Notes under the pieces: generated by a model
Told to the model about the DNA's origin: nothing
Databases searched by the model: none
Seen by the model: only the letters and a program-made list of their open reading frames with translations
Position numbers and translations under genes: made by a program
From: Eledone cirrhosa
Taxonomy: Eukaryota
DNA length: 64,000 nt
Assembly: GCA_964016885.1 (NCBI GenBank)
Contig: OZ024741.1
Coordinates: 395,498,001 to 395,562,000, forward strand
Direction of reading: 5' to 3'
Shown: one piece after another, positions 41,386-53,200 of the stretch
Position numbering within the stretch: position 1 is the first letter of the stretch
How the letters are laid out: each line of letters opens with the position of its first letter

Positions 41386-41446
41386 ATGTATATGTATATA
41401 TATGTGTGTGTGTATTTATATATATGGTTAAAATTACTAATTGCAG

Positions 41447-41554
41447 TATGTAACTGTACAAATTCATTCACATGTGGTTCTTGTGAATGTGTCCCTCCGG
41501 AGAAACAATGTGATGGGACATTGGATTGCAGCGATGGATCCGATGAGAAGTGTC
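41447..41554 (+). CDS. SCO-spondin-like gene, exon I (LDLa 5, atypical 8-Cys)
   Basis: ttgcag|...|gtaagt; [35 protein letters not shown]. Confidence 0.9.
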
Positions 41555-41728
41555 GTAAGTATATTTTAAATCTCTCCTTAGAAAGCCAGCATATACACAT
41601 ACACCCATACAAACATGTATATAATAAATTATATATACATGTACTTGCTCACACAAGCTTACTTCTACACACTCACTCATCTCCTAAACACACGAACTTA
41701 CATACAACTGGTCGAAAGTTGTTCCTTT

Positions 41729-42171
41729 TACTCTCAGGGCCGAAATAGGGGGTAGAATAAGCATGGGTGGGGGGGGAACAAGCGGGTGTTGGAATAAATG
41801 GGGTACACTGGAAAAAGCTGGGTGCGCGGTAGATTAGAAAATCTGTAATTTTTTAAGGTTGACTCTGTTAATTTTCTTGGAAAAACCAGAATTAGTCATT
41901 TAGTTTACATATTGAGACCCCAACCCATCTTATTTATTATATAACTTATGGGATTTCTAGTAACATTTTTTGTGATGTATAATGTTTTTTAATGTATAAA
42001 GAAAATTAATAGTCGCAGAAATGTTACAACTTAAAATGAAATTTCGCCGGAGGTAGATTAACAGAATTTAATAAGTGGATTTAATAAGTGGGGGGGGGGG
42101 GGGGATAAAAGCGGGTGGTTGGAGAAAAATCTGAAAATTTAATAAGCGGGATTATTCGAAACCCAAAAGTA
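41729..42171. mobile_element. Decayed TA-flanked MITE with AATAAGCGGG sub-terminal repeats
   Basis: Imperfect TIRs TACTCTCAGGGCCGAAATA / TATTCGAAACCCAAAAGTA; repeated AATAAG(C/T)GGG motifs. Confidence 0.45.
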
Positions 42172-42214
42172 AGGTCCACGAGTACCATACAAATTGTATT
42201 TTAAATTTAAAATT

Positions 42215-42360
42215 CTTTCTAATATTGGCACAAGGCCTGCAATTTTGAGGAAGGGGAAAATCAATTATATCGATCCTAGTGCATTACTGGTACTTTATTT
42301 TATGGAACCCGGAATGGTGAAAGGCAAAGTTCACCTCGGTGAGATTTGAACTCATAACCT
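42215..42360 (-). mobile_element. tRNA-derived SINE (CORE-like family), partial
   Basis: Same body and tail as 18983-19200, reverse strand. Confidence 0.8.
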
Positions 42361-42499
42361 CATAACTAAATATCGCAAAGTTAGGGAGGTAGGGAGGTAG
42401 GTAGGTAGGTAGAGGGGAGGGGGAGGAGGGAGGGAGGTAGTTTGGTAGGTAGGTAGGTAGGTAAATAGATAAATAGGTAGGGAGGGAGGAGGTAGGGGA

Positions 42500-43335
42500 G
42501 GCTGCAAAGATCTCAGCATCGTGGCTGACATTCACCACCTCCGACTTCGCCGAGTTCCCCTGGAGGCCGATATCCGCCAGAGCAGGAACCACTGATTGTA
42601 GGTCATGGCAGACAGTCTGTACGGGCCCGCCCAACTTAGCATCATCCGGATACCAAACGTTGAGAGGGGCCGTGATACTCCAGGCGATGTGGTCTATACC
42701 AAGAGCAAACAGGAGGGGTCCCAAAGGGTCACCCTGTTGTAGCCGAAAGTATGACCGTATCAGCAGCAAGGAGCATGCTCGGGGCTCCATACGATAGGTA
42801 GGCCAGCGGGTAGGCAGAGGGGGCTTGGCTGAGGCAGGCATCGAGCAGATAGTCCCGGCGCAAGCAGTTGAAGGCATTCCTCATCTCAAGCTTGACAATA
42901 AGGTGCCTGGAGTCCCTGGATGCTGGTTCCGGTGGGCAGCTGTTGAAGAACTGCCTGGTTGCATGTGCGGCCTCCTCACAGCCACCGGACATGCCGACAC
43001 CCAGTTGCACCGGACTGAACTCCTCACCCAGTTCGGGTGTTATGGACCTGCAGACCACCTTGGCAGCCAGCCTCCGGAAGACATTGCCCACAGCGATGGG
43101 GCGTATGCCACCCTCTTTCTTCCTGAGAGCGGTGAGTCGAGCCGAAAAAAAGAGGCCTCGGGCGTGAGGGTCCAGGGTGCCATGGATGAGCCTATTGGTG
43201 AGCGCCACAATTTCACTCAGAAGGCGGCGCTTGGCCTCAGCGGAGAAGGGGGATAGCAACTCCTTGAGGTGGCCTGGTCGGTGATCATCAGCACCTCCGC
43301 TGCTGCTAGCTGGGAAAGACTTGATGGCAGACATG
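42500..43335 (-). pseudogene. CRE-clade LINE reverse transcriptase fragment
   Basis: ALRKKEGGIRPIAVGNVFRRL, QLGVGMSGGCE, KLEMRNAFN, QQGDPLGPLLFAL, VWYPDD; frameshift near 42735. Confidence 0.85.
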
Positions 43336-43418
43336 ATGTCTTTGTTTCAAGATGTTTGGAATATTTCAATTGGTTGTATTTTGTTTCATCTTTCTCTCCT
43401 CTGTTTTCAAAATTTCAG

Positions 43419-43532
43419 CATGTTCTATCAAAGAGTTTACTTGCAACAACCGCCAATGTATCAATTCAGTATTGGTATGTGATGGAGTCAAGCAATGTTC
43501 AGATGGATCTGATGAATCTGATTGCAAGCCTA
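43419..43532 (+). CDS. SCO-spondin-like gene, exon J (LDLa 6)
   Basis: ttcag|...|gtaagt; [37 protein letters not shown]. Confidence 0.95.
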
Positions 43533-44232
43533 GTAAGTGTTAACAAATTCTTTTTATCTACTGAAAGAGGCGGCGTATTAACAGAATTTTTAGGGGACAT
43601 CGGTTTTAAAGGGCCTCAGTATTTGTTGATTCACTGCAAGGAAAAACTAGAAACCAATCGGACATCATCTTTATGAATGGCCTCACTGTTTCCCCAGCAT
43701 CTGTTGAGGACTGCTACACATACTTAGATGAAAATATATCCTATGATGGATTTGTAACAAGGACTGAGGAACGAGAGAATATAACATCCAAACAGGAAAT
43801 ATATGGTCTTCTTCACTCTCAGTGCACAATAAATCAGTAACCCACAATGTGGTTGCTGTGCACAAGAGATAGGAAGGCAGGCAAACACATAGATGTGACA
43901 AAAGATACGAACTCTGTGGAATAAACATTGAAGATTTCACCTCCGTCATATTTATATATGACCCTGTAAAGCCACAGCAGACAATCCATCGCTATCAGCA
44001 GCTGACACAAAGTTCTCCAGGAGCAGATCCATCGTCTTTCAAAAAAGATAATAAAAGAAAACACACTTTATATATATATATATTTATTAAAATAACAGAA
44101 GCTCCCGTTAAGGGTGAAAGCAGCGATTCTTTGCTTAAACTTTAATCTGTTATTTTAATAAATATTTGCTCTAGGGTTCTTATATATTTGATATATATTT
44201 ATCCTTATCGAGCCCTCTTTGGATTTCGTATT

Positions 44233-44290
<58 letters not shown>

Positions 44291-44293
<3 letters not shown>

Positions 44294-44491
44294 GGAAAAG
44301 ACTCAGGACACCGACGGCTGACCTCCTGCCGTTTCGACAGCTAGATCGGAACAGTTCATCTCTGGCTGTCGAAACGGCCGGAGCTCAGCCGTCGGGGTCC
44401 TGACTCTTTTCCTATTACCCACTCTACTACCCTAAGTATCGAGTACTCTGGTACGTTATGGTTCACCTGGTTCCTTACCACACTTCCTTCG

Positions 44492-44497
<6 letters not shown>
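44291..44497 (+). mobile_element. Short pLTR-like element with 5' inversion through a hammerhead half-site
   Basis: 44291-44346 is inverted relative to about 44358-44415; GAAAC-GGC-CGGAGCTCA-GCC-GTC; homologous to 11992-12133; TA flanks. Confidence 0.7.
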
Positions 44498-44532
<35 letters not shown>

Positions 44533-44827
44533 AGGGAACTTTAGATGTGTGGGGGGGGGGACTGGAAAGTTAATAGGCTGACCAAGATACTCTCATGGAA
44601 TGGCTAAATGAGGTTTATTTTTCACCATGGTCACTAGAAAGAAACAATACAGTTATTAATAAGAACAGTTGAAATTAATGCATGCAAGATTTCACATCTC
44701 TAGCATCACTCCTTCAGAGTCAGTCTATGACCTTTAAACATAGGTGTGTTATTATACATATCTATGTGATTGTAATCTCTGATAACATGTCTTTCACTAG
44801 TATACGTTTGTTTTTTTATATTTTCAG

Positions 44828-44941
44828 AATGCTCAAATTCCGAATTCCTCTGCGACAACACAACATGTATCAGTGTAACATCACTATGTGATAAAGTTCA
44901 AGATTGTGTCGATGGTACCGATGAAATTGGTTGTGAAGTCT
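44828..44941 (+). CDS. SCO-spondin-like gene, exon K (LDLa 7)
   Basis: tttcag|...|gtaagt; CSNSEFLCDNTTCISVTSLCDKVQDCVDGTDEIGCEV. Confidence 0.95.
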
Positions 44942-45049
44942 GTAAGTATCAAAAATATATCAACACTTAATCTTTCGTTTTATATTTTCTTCTCAAGTAC
45001 TTCTCTTAAAACCACAATAATGAGAACTTGACACCTCTATCATTGTAAA

Positions 45050-45527
45050 TAATTGTTTCTACTTTTGACACAAGGCCAGCAAATACCCAGTGCATTACTG
45101 GTACTTTATTTTATCGACCCTGTAAGGATGAAAGGTAAAATTAACCTCAGCGGGATTTGAACTCAGAATGGAAAGGGCCGTAACTCTTTGCTGCAAAGCA
45201 TGGCGTCAGACGCTCTACCGATACTGCCAATTAACAAATAATTGTTTCTACTTTCGGCACAAGGTCAGCAAATACCCAGTGCATTACTGGTACTTTATTT
45301 CATCGACCCCCGTAAGGATGAAAGACAAAGTTAACCTCGGCGGGATTTGAACTCAGATCATGCAGGGAAGTAATTCTATGCTTCAAAGCATGGCGTCCGA
45401 CCCTCTACCGATACTGCCACTCCACAAATAATTGTTTCTACGTTTGGCACAAGGCCAGCAATTACCCAGTGCATTACTGGTACTTTATTTTATCGACCCC
45501 GTAAGGATGAAAGGCAAAGTTAACCTC
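45050..45527 (-). mobile_element. SINE trimer (two full units and one 5'-truncated unit) flanked by a 21-bp direct repeat
   Basis: Three head-to-tail units; ACCTCTATCATTGTAAATAAT at 45033-45053 and 45523-45543. Confidence 0.85.
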
Positions 45528-45692
45528 TATCATTGTAAATAATCCCAACAAATCAGAGCCTGGTATATCTTGACACCACAATTATTGCAGATAATCCCAA
45601 CCAATCAGAGCCTGGTATATCTTGATACATCTACCATTGTAAATAATCCCAACCAATCAGAGCCTGATATATCTTGACACCTCTATCATCGT
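45523..45692. repeat. Minisatellite of about 53 bp, about 3 copies
   Basis: ATAATCCCAACCAATCAGAGCCTGGTATATCTTGACAC repeated. Confidence 0.85.
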
Positions 45693-46489
45693 AGCTGTTC
45701 CTGTCCAATCAAAGTCCGATATGCTCACATCCAATCAAAGTCCGAAATATCTTCCCTCATAAGGCCGATGGCAACTACATTTTCCAACTTTTGAGTCTTC
45801 CCCCTATTTTATAAGCTATCGTTATAGTCGCGGTCAAGATTTCACATCGTTTATTAACCGGGTGGATATTTAATTGTTAATTGTCAAAGCTCTTTCATCA
45901 CACATCCGGTAACCTTCTCAGTGGCTAATCCTGCTCCTCTGTGTCTCATCTTGTTCTATTTACTTCATGTTTTTTTATGTATATATGTAATGTATGTATA
46001 TATGCAATGTATGTATTCATCTATGTATGTATGTATGCATGTATGTATGTAATGTATGTATGTATGTTTGTATGTATGTATGTATGCATGCATGTATGTA
46101 TATATATATATAGCAGAATTGTTAAAGTGTCGAGATGCTTTGTACGCCCTGAGTTCAAATCCCGCCTCTTTCTGCCAGAAGTTTCATACGTACGACATAC
46201 CTATATATGTATGTATAGTATATTCTTTAAATGGTTTCTATCATTATATTCTATCCATGCCGAGACATCGCTTTAAAGGGTTTAGCCGATCATATCCCCT
46301 CCGTTACTTATTTTACAGTCTGGACCTTGTTTAGTTAGAGAACGCTCGTTCAGTTGATTCATTGTCATCAAAGTTAATTATTTGCGGGTGTAGAAAGTAT
46401 TAAGAATATAAATACTTTCATCGCAGAAATTCGACGAACAAATGACAATAAACATTCCATCCTTGATGGAGCCTATTCTTCTTTAGGTC

Positions 46490-46695
46490 TGAACACAAAC
46501 GATTTCTTCCAGAGAAAGAGGAGTTTTAGAGTTAGGAAGAATCAACCCAATTAATGATCCAATAATCTTTTTATCGACCTCGGGAGGATGAAAATAAAGT
46601 TGGCTGAAGCGGGATTTGAACTCAGAGAGCAGAGAGTCTGAATGAATAACGCAAAACATTTTATCCAACGCTTTAACGACTTTGCCCATTCACCA
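46490..46695 (-). mobile_element. Diverged tRNA-derived SINE
   Basis: TTTATCGACCTCGGGAGGATGAAA..GCGGGATTTGAACTCAGA..TTTGCCCATTCACC. Confidence 0.7.
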
Positions 46696-46764
46696 ATTCA
46701 TATTTACTTTTATATGGGACTAAACAATTAAAAATATTTTCTGTTTGTTGTTTATTTTTTACAG

Positions 46765-46779
46765 CACCAGCCACAAAAA
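46765..46779 (+). CDS. Candidate 15-nt micro-exon of the SCO-spondin-like gene (SPATK)
   Basis: Strong polypyrimidine acceptor tttattttttacag|, donor |gtaaat; phase 1 to 1 keeps frame with exon K. Confidence 0.5.
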
Positions 46780-47024
46780 GTAAATACCTCATTTTATATT
46801 TCTTTCATAACACAGCTAAATCATCATCATCATCATCGTTGAACGTCCATCTTCCACGCTAGCTCAGTCCTCACTCATACTTGCACGAAGTTATCTCTGA
46901 GCAACACAACTTTAGTTGTGATTTAACGCTTACCCAGCACCGCACAATATTGCTCTTACACAATAATTGATACACAGTTAACTGTGTATCTAATATTCAC
47001 ACCTGCATGACAATTGTTAATTGT

Positions 47025-47256
47025 GGATATACCGCATGGCCTAATGGTTAGGGTGCTGGATTTAAGATCGTAAGGTTGTCAGTTCGATTCGTTGTATTCT
47101 AGAGCAAAATACTTTATTTCACGTTGCTCCAGTACACTCAGTTGAGGGTAGAGCACCGGCAGTGGCAGGGGAGTTAACCCAGACACAGACCTGCATCCTG
47201 TCCACAGAAAGTCTTGTACTCACAGTAGCTTAACACCAATAAAGCAGTAGATAAAT
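47025..47256 (+). mobile_element. tRNA-derived SINE whose 3' body is the first monomer of the satellite
   Basis: A box TGGCCTAATGG (47037), B box GTTCGATTC (47082), ACTTTATTTCACGTTGCTCCAG body; 47155-47256 aligns with the 102-bp unit. Confidence 0.8.
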
Positions 47257-50200
47257 ACCGACAGTAGTGGAGAAGTCTTGTACTCTCAGTCGCTTGTCAA
47301 GGAAGAGTCTTACACTCTCTGTGGCTTAACAACAGGTAAACCGGAGATATACACCGACAGTAGCTGGGGAGTTAATCCTGTGATCGACTGCGCCTTGTCC
47401 AGGGAGAGTCTTACACTCTCAGTGGCTTAACAACAGGGAAACCGGAGATAAATACCGACAGTAGCTGGGGAGTTAATCCTGTGATAGACTGACACCTTGT
47501 CCAGGGAGAGTCTTACACTCTCAGTGGCTTAACAACAGGGAAACCGGAGATATATACCGACAGTAGCTGGAGAGTTAATCCTGTGATAGACTAACACCTT
47601 GTCCAGGGAGAGTCTTACAATCTCTGTGTCTTAACAACATGGAAACCGGAGATATATACCGACAGTAGCTGGGGAGTTAACCCTGTGATAGACTGACGCC
47701 TTGTCCAGGGAGAGTCTTACACTCTCAGTGGCTTAACAACAGGGAAACCGGAGATAAATACCGACAGTAGCTGGGGAGTTAATCCAATGAGAGACTGACA
47801 CCTTGTCCAGGGAGAGTATTACACTCTCAGTGTTTTAACAACAGGGAAACCGGAGATATATACCGACAGTAGCTGGGGAGTTGATCCTGTGATAGACTGA
47901 CGTCTTGTCCAGGGAGTGTCTTACACTCTCAGTGCCTTAACAACAGGGAAACCGGAGATATATACCTTACAGTAGCTGGGGAGTTAATCCTGTGATAGAC
48001 TGACACCTTGTCCAGGGAGAGTCTTACACTCTCTGTGGCTTAACAACAGGGAAACCGGAGATATACACCGACAGTAGCTGGGGAGTTAACCCTGTGATCG
48101 ACTGACGCCTTGTCCAGGGAGAGTCTTACACTCTCAGTGGCTTAACAACAGGGAAACCGGAGATATATACCGACAGTAGGTGGGGAGTTAATCCTGTGAT
48201 AGACTGACAGGGAGAGTCTTACAATCTCTGTGTCTTAACAACATGGAAACCGGAGATAAATACCCACAGTAACTGGGGAGTTAATCCTGTGATAGACTGA
48301 CACCTTGTCCAAGGAGAGTCTTACACTCTCAGTGGCTTAACAACAGGGAAGTCGGAGATAAATACCGACAGTAGGTGGGGAGTTAATCCTGTGATAGACT
48401 TACACCTTCTCCAGGGAGAGTCTTACACTCTCAGTGGCTTAACAACAGGGAAATCGGAGATATATACCGACAGTAACTGGGGAGTTAATCCTGTGATAGA
48501 CTGACACCTTTTCCAGGGAGAGTCTTACACTCTAAGTGTCTTAACAACAAGGAAAACGGAGATATATACCGACAGTAGCTGGGGAGTTGATCCTGTGATA
48601 GACTGACGTCTTATCCAGGGAGTGTCTTACACTCTCAGTGGCTTAACAACAGGGAAACCGGAGATATATACCTTACAGTAGCTGGGGAGTTAATCCTGTG
48701 ATAGACTGACACCTTGTCCAGGGAGAGTCTTACACTCTCAGTGGCTTAACAACAGGGAAACCGAAGATAAATACCGACAGAAGATGGGGAGTTAATCCTG
48801 TGATAGATTGACACATTGTCCAGGGAGTGTCTTACACTCTCAGGGGCTTAACAACAGGAAAACCGGAGATATATACCGACAGTAGCTGGGAAGTTAATCC
48901 TGTGATAGTCTGACACCTTGTCCAGGGAGTGTCTTACACTCTCAGTGTCTTAACAACAGGGAAACCGGAGATATATACCGACAGTAGCTAGGGAGTTAAT
49001 CCTATGATAGACTGACGTATTGTCCAGGGAGAGTCTTACACTCTCAGTGGCTTAACAACAGTGAAACCGGAGATAAATACCGACAGTAACTGAGGAGCTA
49101 ATCCTGTGATAGACTGACACCTTGTCCAAGGAGAGTCTTACACTCTCAGTGGCTTAACAACAGGGAAACCGGAGATAAATACCGACAGTAGGTGGGGAGT
49201 TAATCCTGTGATAGACTGACACCTTCTCCAGGGAGAGTCTTACACTCTCAGTGGCTTAACAACAGGGAAACCGGAGATATATACCGACAGTAGCTGGGGA
49301 GTTAATCCTGTGATAGACTGACAGGGAGAGTCTTACAATCTCTGTGTCTTAACAACATGGAAACCGGAGATAAATACCCACAGTAACTGGGGAGTTAATC
49401 CTGTGATAGACTGACACTTTTTCCAGGGAGAGTCTTACACTCTCAGTGTCTTAACAACAGGGAAACCGGAGATATATACCGACAGTAGCTGGGGAGTTGA
49501 TCCTGTGATAGACTGACGTCTTGTCCAGGGAGTGTCTTACACTCTCAGTGCCTTAACAACAGGGAAACCGGAGATATATACCTTACAGTAGCTGGGGAGT
49601 TAATCCTGTGATAGACTGACACCTTATCCAGGGAGAGTCTTACACTCTCAGTGGCTTAACAACAGGGAAACCGGAGATAAATACCGACAGTAGCTAGGGA
49701 GTTAATCCTGTGATAGACTGACACCATTTCCAGGGAGAGTCTTACGCTCTCACTAGCTTAACAACAGGGAAACTGGAGATATATACCGACAGTAGCTGGG
49801 GAGTTAATCCTGTGATAGACTGACGTCTTCTCCGGGAAGTGTCTTACACTCTCAGTGGCTTAACAACAGGGAAACCGGAGATATATACCGACAATAGCTG
49901 GGGAGTTAATCCTGTGATAGACTGACACCTTGTCCAGGGAGAGTCTTACACTCTCAGTGGCTTAACAACAGGGAAACTGGAGATATATACCGACAGTAGC
50001 TGGGGAGTTAATTCTGTGATAGACTGACATCTTGTCCAGGGAGAGTCTTACAATCTCAATGGCTTAACAACAGGGAAACCTGAGATATATACCGACAGTA
50101 GCTGGGGAGTTAATCCTGTGATAGACTGACACCTTGTCCAGGGAGAGTCTTACACTCTCAGTGGCTTAACAACAGTGAAACCGGAGATATATACCTTAGA

Positions 50201-53200
50201 GTAGCTGGGGAGTTAATCCTGTGATAGACTGACACCTTGTCCAGGGAGTGTCTTACACTCTCAGTGGCTTAACAACAGGGAAATCGGAGATAAATAACGA
50301 CAGTAGCTGGGGAGTTAATCCTGTGATAGACTGACATCTTGTCCAGGGAGAGTCTTACACTCTCTGTGTCTTAATAACAGGGAAACCGGAGATAAATACC
50401 GACAGTAGCTGGAGAGATAATCCTGTCATAGACTGACACCTTGTCCAGGGACAGTCTTACACTCTCTGTGGCTTAACAACAGGGAAACCGGAGATATATA
50501 CCGACAGTAGCTGGGGAGTTAATCCTGTGATAGACTGACGCCTTGCCCAGGGAGAGTCTTACACTCTCAGTGGCTTAACAACAGGGAAACCCGAGATATA
50601 TACCGACAGTAGTTGGGGAGTTAATCCTGTGATAGACTGACATCTTGTCCAGGGACAGTCTTACACTCTCTGTGGCTTAACAACAGGGAAACCGGAGATA
50701 AATACCGACAGTAGCTGGGGAGTTAATCCTGTGACAGACTGACGCCTTGCCCAGGGAGAGTCTTACACTCTCAGTGGCTTAACAACAGGGAAACCCGAGA
50801 TATATACCGACAGTAGTTGGGGAGTTAATCCTGTGATAGACTGACGTCTTGTCCAGTTACAGTCTTACACTCTCTGTAGCTTAACAACAGGGAAATTGGA
50901 GATATATACCGACAGTAGCTGGGGAGTTAATTCTGTGATAGACTGACACCTTGTCCAGGGACAGTCTTACACTCTCAGTGGCTTAACAACAGGGAAACCG
51001 GAGATATATACCGACAGTAGCTAGGGAGTTAACCCTGTGAAAGACTGACACCTTGTCCAGGGAGAGTCTTACACTCTCTGTGGCTTAACAACGGGGAAAC
51101 CGGAGATATATACCGACAGTAGTTGGGGAGTTAATCCTGTGATAGACTGACGTCTTGTCCAGTGACAGTCTTACACTCTCAGTGGCTTAACAACAGGGAA
51201 ACGGAGATAAATACCGACATTAGCTGTCGAGTTAATTCTGTGATAGACTGACATCTTGTCCAGGGAGTGTCTTACATTCTTAGTGGCTTAACAACAGGGA
51301 ACCCGGAGATATATACCGACAGTAGCTGGGGAGTTAATCCTTTGATAGACTGACACCTTGTCCAGGGAGAGTCTTACACTCTCAGTGGCTTAACAACAGG
51401 GAACACGGAGATAAATACCGACATTAGCTGGGGAGATAATCCTGTGATAGACTGAAACCTTGTCCAGGGACAGTCTTACACTCTCTGTGGCTTAACAACA
51501 GGGAAACCGGAGATATATACCGACAGTAGCTGGGGAGTTAATCCTGTAATAGACTGACACCTTGTCCAGGGAGAGTCTTACACTCTCAGTGGCTTAACAA
51601 CAGGGAAACCGGAGATATATACCGACAGTAGCTGGGGAGTTAATCCTGTGATAGACTGCCACCTTGTCCAGGGAATTTCTTACACTCTCTGTGGCTTAAC
51701 AGCAGGGAAACCGGAGATATATACCTACAGTAGCTGGGGAGTTAATCCTGTGATAGACTGACGTCTTGTCCAGGGAGTGTCTTAGTCTCTCAGTGGCTTA
51801 ACAACAGGGAAACCGGAGATAATTACCGATAGTAGCTGGGGAGTTAGTCCTGTGATAGACTGTCACCTTGTCCAGGGAGAGTCTTACACTCTCAGTGGCT
51901 TAACAACAGGGAAACCGGAGATATATACCGACAGTAGCTGGGGAGTTAACCCTGTGACAGACTGACACCATTTCCAGGGAGAGTCTTACACTCTCTGTGT
52001 CTTATCAACAGGGAAACCGGAGATAAATAACGACAGTAGCTGGGGAGTTAATCCTGTCACAGACTGACGCCTTGTCCAGGTAGAGTCTTACATTCTCAGT
52101 GGCTTAACAACAGGGAAACCCGAGATATATACCGTCAGTAGTTGGGGAGTTAATCCTGTGATAGACTGACGTCTTGTCCAGTGACAGTCTTACACTCTCG
52201 GTAGCTTAACAACAGGGAAATTGGAGATATATACCGACAGTAGCTGGGGAGTTAATTCTGTGATAGACTGACACCTTGTCCAGTGACAGTCTTACACTCT
52301 CAGTCGCTTTACAACAGGGAAACCGGAGATAAATACCGACAGTATTTGGGGAGTTAATCCTGTGATAGACTGACACCTTGTCCAGGGAGAGTCTTACACT
52401 CTCAGTGTCTTAACAACAGGGAAACCGGAGATAAATACCGACAGTAACTGGTGAGTTAATACTGTGATAGACTGACGTCTTGTCCAGTGACAGTCTTACA
52501 CTCTCAGTGGCTTAACAACAGCGAAACCGGAGATAAATACCGACAATTGCTGGGGAGTTAATTCTTTGATAGACTGACACCTTGTCCAGGGACAGTCTTA
52601 CACTCTCAGTGGCTTAACAACAGGGAAACCGGAGATAAATACCGACAGAAGCTGGGGAGTTAATCCTGTGATAGACTGCCACCTTGTCCAGGGAGTGTCT
52701 TACACTTTCAGTGGTTTAACAACAGGGAAACCGGAGATATATACCGACAGTAGCTGGGGAGTTAACCCTGTGATAGACTGACACCCTGTCCAGGGAGAGT
52801 CTTACACTCTCTGTGGCTTAACAACAGGAAAACCGGAGATATATACCGACAGTAGCAGGGGAGCTAATCCTGTGATAGACTGAAACCTTGTCCAGGGAGA
52901 GTCTTACACTCTCAGTGGCTTAACAAAAGGGAAACCGGAGATAACTACCGACAGTAGCAGGGGAGTTAATCCTCTGATAGACTGACACCTTGTCCAGGGA
53001 GAGTCTTACACTCTCAGTGGCTTAACAACAGGGAAACCGGAGATATATACCGACAGTAGCTGGGGAGTTAAACCTGTGATAGAATGACGTCTTCTCCAGG
53101 GAGTGTCTTACACTCTCAGTGGCTTAACAACAGGGAAACCGTAGATATATACCGACAGTAGCTGGGGAGTTAATTCTGTGATAGACTGACATCTTGTCCA

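Noticed and set aside
47030-47095. tRNA genes (also 18983 and 19850)
   Set aside because: A and B boxes are present, but there is no cloverleaf and each continues into a SINE body.
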